Below are positions 56,201 through 64,000 of a DNA stretch of 64,000 bases, piece after piece (positions within the stretch are counted from its first letter, which is position 1; each line of letters starts with the position of its first letter). The notes beneath the pieces are model-generated. The model made no database searches. It saw only the letters and a list, made by a program, of their open reading frames with translations, and was not told where the DNA came from. Position numbers and translations under genes: made by a program. Origin of the DNA: a virus; the IMG/VR virus record IMGVR_UViG_3300030099_006395, positions 1-64,000 of that record. One strand, 5' to 3'.

Positions 56201-57510
56201 TGAAAAAATTTATGTTAATATGTGCACCAATGACATCACGAAGTGGGTATGGAGCTCACGCCAGAGATTTAATTAAATCATTCATGGAACATGATAAATA
56301 TGATATTCAAGTTTTTGATGTTCCGTGGGGGTCTACACCAAGAAATGCATTGGATAAAAATAATGTAGATGATAAAAAAATGTTAGATTTAATTACAAGA
56401 GAAAATAGCTTTCAGACTCAACCTGATATTTATGTTGATATCAGAATACCTAACGAATTTCAAAATCCTGGTAAATTTAACATTGGTATAACTGCTGGTA
56501 TAGAAACAAATGCTGTATCACAAGCTTGGATTGAGGGTTGTAACAAAATGGATTTAGTCATCGTTCCATCAAAACATTCAAAAGACGGATTTGTTAACGC
56601 TTTATATGAAAAAATACAGCAGTTACCTGATGGTCAACAAAAAAAGATTGGTGAACTAAAACTTGAAAAACCAATAGAAATTTTATTTGAAGGTTCTGAT
56701 AAAATATATAGAAAATTAAGCACGGAAGAAATAGATTCTAAATTTTTTGATTGGTTAAATGATGAAGTACCTGAAAAGTTTGCATTTTTACATGTAGGAC
56801 TTTGGGGTAAAGGTGGTTATGGTGAAGATAGAAAAGATATAGGAACATTACTTAAAACTTTTTATGAATCATTTGCAAATAAAAAGAAACAACCAGCTTT
56901 AATATTAAAAACAAGTGGTGCTACTTATTCGATATTAAGTAAAAAAGATATTTTAAATAAAATAAATAATATTAAATCTATGTTTCCATCAGATTGGAAT
57001 CTACCAAATGTTTATTTATTACATGGCGATTTAACTGATGAAGAAATGAATTATCTTTATAATCATCCTAAAGTAAAAGCTATGGTTTCATTTACACATG
57101 GTGAGGGTTATGGAAGACCTCTACAAGAAGCCAGTATGGTTGGATTACCTGTTATGGTTAGTGGTTGGAGTGGTCATATAGATTTTTTAAATCAACATGA
57201 AAGTCTTTTAGTTCCAGGTAAATTAGAAAAAGTTCCACAGTCACAAGTATGGGAAAATATAATAATACCAGAATCAAGTTGGTTTAACATAGATACAAAT
57301 TCAGCTTATCAGGGGTTCAATATGTTACATAACAACATAAAAAAATATCAAAGTCAAGCTAAGTCTTTAATGTACACCAATAGGAATAAATTTACATTAG
57401 AAAAGATGACACGGAAATTAGATGAGATTGTTAATAATTACACATCTGATATGCCACAACAAGTTGAATTACAATTACCAAAATTAAAAAAAGTTAAGGA
57501 GTCTGTATAA
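56200..57510 (+). CDS. GT4-like glycosyltransferase
   Basis: SRSGYG, DRKDIG, FTHGEGYGRPLQEA, WSGHIDF. Confidence 0.85.
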   Translation: MKKFMLICAPMTSRSGYGAHARDLIKSFMEHDKYDIQVFDVPWGSTPRNALDKNNVDDKKMLDLITRENSFQTQPDIYVDIRIPNEFQNPGKFNIGITAGIETNAVSQAWIEGCNKMDLVIVPSKHSKDGFVNALYEKIQQLPDGQQKKIGELKLEKPIEILFEGSDKIYRKLSTEEIDSKFFDWLNDEVPEKFAFLHVGLWGKGGYGEDRKDIGTLLKTFYESFANKKKQPALILKTSGATYSILSKKDILNKINNIKSMFPSDWNLPNVYLLHGDLTDEEMNYLYNHPKVKAMVSFTHGEGYGRPLQEASMVGLPVMVSGWSGHIDFLNQHESLLVPGKLEKVPQSQVWENIIIPESSWFNIDTNSAYQGFNMLHNNIKKYQSQAKSLMYTNRNKFTLEKMTRKLDEIVNNYTSDMPQQVELQLPKLKKVKESV

Positions 57511-58013
57511 TGCAACCAATAATAAGTAATTGCCCGCTGTGTGAAGAGCACTCACTTCATCTTTCGGAAGACAAAGAATTGAATTTTATGCAATGTGTAA
57601 ATTGTGGGTATGTCAGTTCTGATAAATTTTTAGGTAGTAAAGAAACAAATGAAGAGTATGCTAAATTAGATGAATTGTTACAAAAGTGGGTTAAAGAAAC
57701 TGAAAATAGGTTATGGATACCAATACAAATGACATTACCTTTTGGAATGATTTATCCAGCTTTAGTAGATAACGAAATGAAATGGATTTTTGCAGACACA
57801 CAAGAGATACCTGAAGAAGAAAGAAAAAATTATCCGATTGAAGGACAAGAAGGTAAATTCTATGATAGAAAGTATAATACAGAAAATCCAAAAATGTACG
57901 ATATTTATGCAGAAGCTTTAGCGGATGTTCAAAAAATAATTCAAAAAGAAACTCAAAAAGCTGCAGATAATAATAGTATAGATCTTAAACTACCCAAACT
58001 TAAAAAGAAATAG
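57510..58013 (+). CDS. zinc-finger-containing hypothetical protein
   Basis: CPLC...CVNCGY; ends LKLPKLKKK. Confidence 0.65.
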   Translation: MQPIISNCPLCEEHSLHLSEDKELNFMQCVNCGYVSSDKFLGSKETNEEYAKLDELLQKWVKETENRLWIPIQMTLPFGMIYPALVDNEMKWIFADTQEIPEEERKNYPIEGQEGKFYDRKYNTENPKMYDIYAEALADVQKIIQKETQKAADNNSIDLKLPKLKKK

Positions 58014-58481
58014 ATGGCAAACAAAAAATTACCATATAACTGGAAAAGAGTTAAAGCCGGTGACATAATATCTTTTAAGTATAAGAAAGAATCCACTGGT
58101 AAAGTTAGAGTTAATTCTATTTTAGTATTAAATCCCATAATGAATGTTAAATTAAAAGACGGAACTTCAAAAAGACATTTGATTGGTGTAAAATTAGAAG
58201 AATCTAACAAAGTAAAACTATTATTAAACAGCCAAAGAATAAGTTTGTTAGAAAAAATTGGTGATTTCATAAAAATAGATGATAAAAATAATTTATATAA
58301 ATTATCCATAAAAGATACTTTTGTAATTAATGATAGAAAAGGTATTAAAAAACAGGCTTGGGATATAATATCTAAAAATTTATCAATAAATGGAAAATAC
58401 AGAACATATGATTATGACAAAGCTATAAAAAGTTCAGTTTATTTAGAACCAATAAGGGCAAGGATGAAAGATGAAGATTAG
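58014..58481 (+). CDS. hypothetical basic protein
   Basis: Contiguous ORF in operon. Confidence 0.6.
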   Translation: MANKKLPYNWKRVKAGDIISFKYKKESTGKVRVNSILVLNPIMNVKLKDGTSKRHLIGVKLEESNKVKLLLNSQRISLLEKIGDFIKIDDKNNLYKLSIKDTFVINDRKGIKKQAWDIISKNLSINGKYRTYDYDKAIKSSVYLEPIRARMKDED

Positions 58482-59091
58482 TTATAGTATATTGACTCAC
58501 AATGAAGATGAGTCACTACAAAAATTACTTGAGTTTTTAGTCAAACATAAAGACGAAGAGGACGAAATAGTAATTCTTGATGATTATTCAGATAATAAAA
58601 AAACAATAGAGATATTAGATGTAATGACATCCATGCACGAGATGACTTTTGAACAAAGACATTTGTTAAAAGATTACGCTGGACAAAAAAATCACTTGAC
58701 TCGTATGTGTTCTGGTGACTATATTATAAATATAGATGCTGATGAGATTCCACACAAATCATTGATGAAGAATCTTAAACCAATATTAGAATCAAACCCA
58801 ACAATAGATTTATATTGGGTGCCAAGAGTGAATACAGTTGATGGTATCACACAAGAACATATTAATAAATGGGGTTGGCAAGTAAATGAAAAAGGTTGGG
58901 TAAACTGGCCAGATTATCAAGGGAGAATTTGGAGAAATAGACCTAACATTATTTGGAAAAACAAAGTACATGAAGTATTGACAGGATACAAAGAACACAC
59001 TTATCTTCCAATGGAAGAAGAGTTTTGTTTTTATCATCCTAAAGAAATTGAACGACAAGAGAGGCAAAATAAATTTTATGACACAATATAA
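58471..59091 (+). CDS. GT2-family glycosyltransferase
   Basis: ILTHNE, LDDYS, QKN, IDADE, WPDYQ.R, VHE. Confidence 0.88.
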   Translation: MKISYSILTHNEDESLQKLLEFLVKHKDEEDEIVILDDYSDNKKTIEILDVMTSMHEMTFEQRHLLKDYAGQKNHLTRMCSGDYIINIDADEIPHKSLMKNLKPILESNPTIDLYWVPRVNTVDGITQEHINKWGWQVNEKGWVNWPDYQGRIWRNRPNIIWKNKVHEVLTGYKEHTYLPMEEEFCFYHPKEIERQERQNKFYDTI

Positions 59092-59956
59092 TCAAGAGTT
59101 ATTCGATAGAATAGATAATTACAGAGATGAAGTTTTGAATTTTTTAAGAAGTAAAGGTAATTATTTTTACACAAATGAAATTAATATAGAAATGGGTAAA
59201 TACAAAATAAATTATCACAGGTGGTTACATCCAATGCAGGGTAGTTGGGAAACAACTGAATTGTTTACGCCACAAAAATTAGGATATCTTAAAAAGATAA
59301 TAAAAGAAAATTCTGTTGTATTAGATATAGGAGCACATACAGGAAATATGTCAGTAGCTTATAGTTTGTTTGCTAGAAAAGTAATATCATTTGAACCAAA
59401 TCCATCTACTTTCGATGTATTAAATCAAAATTCTAAATTAAACAGAAACATAATACCTTATAATTTTGGATGTTCTACTGAAGATGGTAAAATGGAATTT
59501 CATTATTCTGATGAAGGTTTTAACAATGGGGGATTAGCCTCTACATTAGATAATGGTATAGGTGTTACAGGACACAAAGTTCCTATTGAAGTTTATTGTG
59601 TAAATGTTAATAATTTATTAAAAGATTTACATTCTGATGATTACGACAATATAAGTTTTATTAAAATTGATTGTGAGGGTCATGATAAAGAAATATTACC
59701 AACATTAAAAGGTATAATAGAAAAAAATAAACCTATAATTCAAACGGAAATTTATGATGGTTTAACAGATAGAGAGAAAATAGAATTGATAGAGGTTATA
59801 GATTCTTTGGGTTATGATTGTTACAATCTTACAGAAGCTAACGATAATATAGATGATTTGGGTGAAAAAATAACTAAAGATTCTGTTAGTGATTTAAGTT
59901 TATTGACTGGTCATAATTTAATATGTTTTCCAAGAGGTATAAATGATACCAAATAA
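59078..59956 (+). CDS. FkbM-family methyltransferase
   Basis: VLDIGAHTG, FEPNP, FIKIDCEGHD; start adjusted. Confidence 0.88.
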   Translation: MTQYNQELFDRIDNYRDEVLNFLRSKGNYFYTNEINIEMGKYKINYHRWLHPMQGSWETTELFTPQKLGYLKKIIKENSVVLDIGAHTGNMSVAYSLFARKVISFEPNPSTFDVLNQNSKLNRNIIPYNFGCSTEDGKMEFHYSDEGFNNGGLASTLDNGIGVTGHKVPIEVYCVNVNNLLKDLHSDDYDNISFIKIDCEGHDKEILPTLKGIIEKNKPIIQTEIYDGLTDREKIELIEVIDSLGYDCYNLTEANDNIDDLGEKITKDSVSDLSLLTGHNLICFPRGINDTK

Positions 59957-60713
59957 GTTTCACTATGTATATTTAACACATGACAATAATAAACATCCAA
60001 TGTACCAGAAATTTCATTTGTTACATTATCTTTGTATAAAATCTGCAATTGAAGTAAATAATCCTGATGAGGTAAATGTTTATTGTAATCAAGAGCCAAA
60101 AGGTGAATGGTGGAAAAAAATAAGAAACGAAGTAAATGTAGTTATAATAGAACCACCCACAGAAATATTTGGTTTACCAATAACAGAATTAGCTCATATG
60201 TCAGATGTTATTAGGTTACAGGTGTTATTAGAAGAAGGTGGAATTTATACAGATATGGATACTATATCAGTTAAACCTTATGGTGATTTATTAAATAATA
60301 AATTTGTTTTAGGACAACAAGGGGTTGGTGGTTCTGAAGGATTATGTCCAGCAGTGATTATGTCAGAAAAAGATTCTCATTTTGGTAAACAATGGTTATA
60401 TGGATTTAAAGATACATTCAAAGGAGGTCCTCCTGGAAGTGATGGTTGGTGTACACACTCTGTTTACTATCCATTACATTTAGCTAAATCTATATCAGAA
60501 CATATTCATATAGAACCTCATACAAGTTTTTTTCATCCGACTTATCATCAACCTTCATTGAAAGATATGTTTGAAAAAGTTGTAAATTTTGATAAAGCAT
60601 ATTCACACCACTTGTGGGAAACAGCTTCTATGAAATGGATTGAAAATATAACTGTAAAAGAGATAAAAAATAATGATACAACTTTTAATTTAATAGCGAG
60701 AAAGTATTTATAA
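59943..60713 (+). CDS. DXD-motif glycosyltransferase (GT32-like)
   Basis: MIPNKFHY, HMSDVIRLQVLLEEGGIYTDMD, HHLW. Confidence 0.85.
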   Translation: MIPNKFHYVYLTHDNNKHPMYQKFHLLHYLCIKSAIEVNNPDEVNVYCNQEPKGEWWKKIRNEVNVVIIEPPTEIFGLPITELAHMSDVIRLQVLLEEGGIYTDMDTISVKPYGDLLNNKFVLGQQGVGGSEGLCPAVIMSEKDSHFGKQWLYGFKDTFKGGPPGSDGWCTHSVYYPLHLAKSISEHIHIEPHTSFFHPTYHQPSLKDMFEKVVNFDKAYSHHLWETASMKWIENITVKEIKNNDTTFNLIARKYL

Positions 60714-61843
60714 TGAAAATTGGTATATTTGCATCAGACGCTAAAGGTTTAAGTATATTAAATAGTTTAATAAATGAATTACATGAGAATAACATTGATT
60801 ATTTTGCTATGATATGTCAAAATACTCAATTAGCTAGAGTAAGAGAGGATTACTCACATTTAACAAATGTAGAAACATCTGAAGAAATTTGGTCTGATAC
60901 CTTACTAATAAATATACCATTTAAACCTGATTGGTTGGTTGTACAAAGAGAAAGATGGAAGCCAGAAACTGGTATCATACAAGAATTTAAAAATAAATTT
61001 AATTCTAAAATAGCTTTGGTGGAACAAAATGCTCAAATGTTGAATAGTGTAGAAACTATTTTAGAAACATATTCTCGTAATAGATTTGTACCATATATTG
61101 ATGTATTTTTTGATCATAGTAAATGGATTTCTGAACAAAGAAAATTAGTTGGTTTTAAAGGGAATAGTTTTGTTGTAGGTAATCCCAAATATGATATAAA
61201 TTTAGATGTATCTGATTTACATATTAAAACGATGAAAGAATATTATGGAGTTGATGATAACAAAAAACAGGTATTGTTGTTTTCTTTAATAAATACCGCG
61301 AGAGAAAATCTTTTTAATGAATTTGAAAAGTACATAGAAGATAATCCTGATTATCAATATTTTATTAAACCTTATCCAGGAGAACCATTCGGTGAACAAT
61401 TTGGTAATGAGTATTTCCCAAATTTTAGAATTAAAAATGTTACACCTATATTGGATGAAAATCATATTTGGCCTATGTTCAGTATATGTGATATTCATAT
61501 GGGTTGTTTAAGTTCTATATTTCATGCTTCTTTATTGTTGAAAAAGGAAATAATAGATTTTTCTAAAGAAATAGGTATGGCTGAAAAATATTTAGACGTG
61601 GATAGAATAATGAAATCTACAAATAAAGGTGTAGAAGATAGTAAAGGGTTATGGATGAACTCATTCGGATTTACAGAAGATAGTCAATTACTTGAATTAT
61701 TACCAAAAGATTTATTGAAAAAAATAGAAGAAAACAATAATAACGTTTGGAATTGTCAGGAAAATGTCGTAAGTTTATTTGATGACTATAATGACGGTAA
61801 GGCATCAACAAGAATTATAAAATACTTGAAGGAGAATGTGTGA
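60713..61843 (+). CDS. putative GT-B transferase (CDP-glycerol/nonulosonate transferase-like)
   Basis: VVGNPKYD, IKPYPGE, SSIFHA, DGKASTRI; context next to neuB. Confidence 0.5.
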   Translation: MKIGIFASDAKGLSILNSLINELHENNIDYFAMICQNTQLARVREDYSHLTNVETSEEIWSDTLLINIPFKPDWLVVQRERWKPETGIIQEFKNKFNSKIALVEQNAQMLNSVETILETYSRNRFVPYIDVFFDHSKWISEQRKLVGFKGNSFVVGNPKYDINLDVSDLHIKTMKEYYGVDDNKKQVLLFSLINTARENLFNEFEKYIEDNPDYQYFIKPYPGEPFGEQFGNEYFPNFRIKNVTPILDENHIWPMFSICDIHMGCLSSIFHASLLLKKEIIDFSKEIGMAEKYLDVDRIMKSTNKGVEDSKGLWMNSFGFTEDSQLLELLPKDLLKKIEENNNNVWNCQENVVSLFDDYNDGKASTRIIKYLKENV

Positions 61844-62700
61844 AAAAAACATATATAATAGCAGAAATAGGAATAAATCATAATGGAGATTTAGATATAG
61901 CTAAAAAACTAATTGACATAGCTCATCTATCTGGTTGTGATTCAGTTAAATTTCAAAAACGAAATCCCGATGTATGTGTTCCTGAACATCAAAAAGGTGT
62001 TATGAGAGATACTCCTTGGGGTAGAATGACATATTTAGAATATAAATATAAAGTAGAGTTTGGTAAAGAAGAGTATGATGAGATAGATAGATATTGCAAG
62101 GAAAGAGGAATTGATTGGTCAGCATCTCCCTGGGATATGGATAGTTTAGATTTCTTGATGCAGTATGATATTCCATATATAAAAATACCATCAGCTATGT
62201 TAACCAATAAAGAATTGATAATAGCTGCTAGAGATACAGGTAAAAAAGTTATACTTTCTACTGGAATGAGCACTTGGAGAGAAATTGAGGAAGCTAACAC
62301 TTGGTTAATACATGGTAATGAAGGTCAAATAAAATTAGGTCAAGGTAATAAAAATTATGCATTGTTACATTGTAATTCACAATATCCAGCACCACTTGAA
62401 GAATTGAATTTAAGTGCAATAAAAACCTTGAAACAGAAATACTTTTGTGAAGTTGGTTATAGCGGACATGAGTTTAGACTAGGTACATCCGTAGCAGCTG
62501 TTTATTTGGGAGCAACAATTATAGAAAGACATATTACACTTGATAGAACTATGTGGGGTACAGACCATTTATCTTCTGTAGAACCTCAAGGTTTAATCAA
62601 GTTAGTAAAAGGTATTAGAGAATTAGAAACTTGTTATGGTGACGGAGAGTTAGGTTGTTCACCTGGTGAGTTAGAAATAGCTAAAAAATTAAGGGGGTAA
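61840..62700 (+). CDS. neuB: N-acetylneuraminate/nonulosonate synthase family
   Basis: IIAEIGINHNGD, VKFQKR, KIPS, STGMS, LHCNSQYP, GYSGHE, IERHITLD. Confidence 0.92.
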   Translation: MKKTYIIAEIGINHNGDLDIAKKLIDIAHLSGCDSVKFQKRNPDVCVPEHQKGVMRDTPWGRMTYLEYKYKVEFGKEEYDEIDRYCKERGIDWSASPWDMDSLDFLMQYDIPYIKIPSAMLTNKELIIAARDTGKKVILSTGMSTWREIEEANTWLIHGNEGQIKLGQGNKNYALLHCNSQYPAPLEELNLSAIKTLKQKYFCEVGYSGHEFRLGTSVAAVYLGATIIERHITLDRTMWGTDHLSSVEPQGLIKLVKGIRELETCYGDGELGCSPGELEIAKKLRG

Positions 62701-62701
62701 A

Positions 62702-63685
62702 ATGAATAATTTTTACAAAGGTAAAAAAATACTAATAACAGGTGGTACAGGTTCATTGGGTAAAGCATTAATAAAAGAACTAAAAAATTATGATTGTGAA
62801 CTAATAGTTTATAGTCGTGATGAAGGGAAACAGGCATTATCATTTGGAAATGATTCAAGTATTGTTAGAGTTATTGGTGATGTCAGAGATTTAGATAAAC
62901 TTGATGTAACTATGAAAAGACATAAACCTGATTATGTAATTCATACAGGTGCATTAAAAAGAATTGATGATATGGAGTTTTATCCAGATGAATGTGTAAA
63001 GACAAACATTCAAGGTTCTGAAAATGTAGCAATTGCTTCTCAAAATAATGGTGTAAAAAAATGTATATTAATATCTACTGATAAGGCGTGTCAACCTGTT
63101 AATGTGTATGGTTCGAGTAAATTTATAGCAGAAAGAATATTTACTAATTATGATTACAATTCAAATTCTACTATATTCTCTTCAGTTAGATATGGTAATG
63201 TAATTGCAAGTAGAGGTTCTTTTATACCTTTATGGATGGACGCTATATCAGAAGGTAAAAGAATGAATGTAACATCAATGGAAATGACAAGATTTTTATT
63301 TACATTGAGTGACGCTGTTGATACGGTGTTGAAATCTTTGTATTATGCAGAGGGTGGTGAAGTATTTATACCAAAAATAAATTCATTTAAAATGCGAGTT
63401 ATAATAGATTCTATTAAAAAGTTAGTTGGTAAAGATGATGTGGAAACTAAAATAATTGGAGTTAGACCAGGTGAAAAACTACATGAAGATATGTTGGCCA
63501 AAACAGAATTGCCATTTACATATCAGCCTGATGATAAGTTGTTAACCGTTATTCCACAATATACAAATAAATCTCATACATATAGTAAAAAATATGATGG
63601 TAAAGAATTTAACTCATCATTACATAATAATGATAATGTAGATGATTTGTGTGAATTAATAAAAAGAGGGTTACAAGTAGATTAA
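62702..63685 (+). CDS. UDP-GlcNAc 4,6-dehydratase (PseB/CapD-like)
   Basis: ITGGTGSLG, YSRDE.KQ, ISTDKACQP.NVYG.SK, VRYGNV..SRGS, RPGEKLHE. Confidence 0.9.
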   Translation: MNNFYKGKKILITGGTGSLGKALIKELKNYDCELIVYSRDEGKQALSFGNDSSIVRVIGDVRDLDKLDVTMKRHKPDYVIHTGALKRIDDMEFYPDECVKTNIQGSENVAIASQNNGVKKCILISTDKACQPVNVYGSSKFIAERIFTNYDYNSNSTIFSSVRYGNVIASRGSFIPLWMDAISEGKRMNVTSMEMTRFLFTLSDAVDTVLKSLYYAEGGEVFIPKINSFKMRVIIDSIKKLVGKDDVETKIIGVRPGEKLHEDMLAKTELPFTYQPDDKLLTVIPQYTNKSHTYSKKYDGKEFNSSLHNNDNVDDLCELIKRGLQVD

Positions 63686-64000
63686 TGAAATCATTTGAAC
63701 CAACAATAACAAAACAAGACATACAAAAAGTTACAGAACTATTAGAATCAGGTAACATAGGGTTCGGTAGTAATGTAAAAGTATTTGAAGATAAATTTTC
63801 TAAACATTCAGAAAAAAAATATAATATCGGATTAAATTCTGCATCAGCTGCAGCATATTGTCTATTCGCATATCTATACGATAAACATGGTAGTTGTGAT
63901 ATTTACACACCTTCATTGGGATTTACATCAGTTTCATGGGCAGCAGAAAAAAATGGTCATCGTGTTATTTTTGTCGATGTAGATGATAATTTATTATTTG
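63685..64000 (+). CDS. DegT/PseC-family sugar aminotransferase, truncated by window end
   Basis: ATG 63685; LESG....G..V..FE..F, NSASAA, TPSLGF.S, VIFVDVD. Confidence 0.8.
   Translation, partial: MKSFEPTITKQDIQKVTELLESGNIGFGSNVKVFEDKFSKHSEKKYNIGLNSASAAAYCLFAYLYDKHGSCDIYTPSLGFTSVSWAAEKNGHRVIFVDVDDNLLF

Noticed and set aside
1-64000. tRNA, rRNA, CRISPR arrays, IS elements or introns
   Set aside because: None recognised by eye; intergenic spaces are short and polB/nrdJ appear uninterrupted (tRNAscan/Infernal not run)

Overview
AT-rich, gene-dense segment of a large T4-like (contractile-tailed) phage genome. All convincing genes are on the + strand and use the standard code. Late/virion block (1-30580): putative internal head proteins, an actin-like ATPase with a membrane partner, ribosomal protein bS21, scaffold, major capsid, neck, sheath, tube, GH108 lysozyme, a frameshifted tail/hub chaperone, tape measure and baseplate. 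Replication/metabolism block (30625-54800): short PolA-like protein, redox module, SSB, UvsX, flap/RNase H nuclease, DnaB helicase, class II RNR, PolB, clamp and clamp loaders, and two Mom-like genes. A glycosylation/nonulosonic-acid cluster follows (54824-64000). Most notable: (1) a duplicated three-gene cassette of divergent Cys-rich proteins, most with a PPKG(E/K)F(S/R)RGGRIRRRRRR-type tail and one with a Hint domain, inserted among neck and baseplate genes; (2) a thioredoxin with an in-frame TGA at its catalytic position (W-U-G-P-C) followed by a SECIS-like hairpin, i.e. a probable phage selenoprotein that the ORF track truncates; (3) an actin-like ATPase whose membrane-anchored neighbour shares a ~45-aa C-terminal motif with a neck-locus protein; (4) a programmed frameshift upstream of the tape measure. 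Family assignments come from motif recognition only; no database searches were run.
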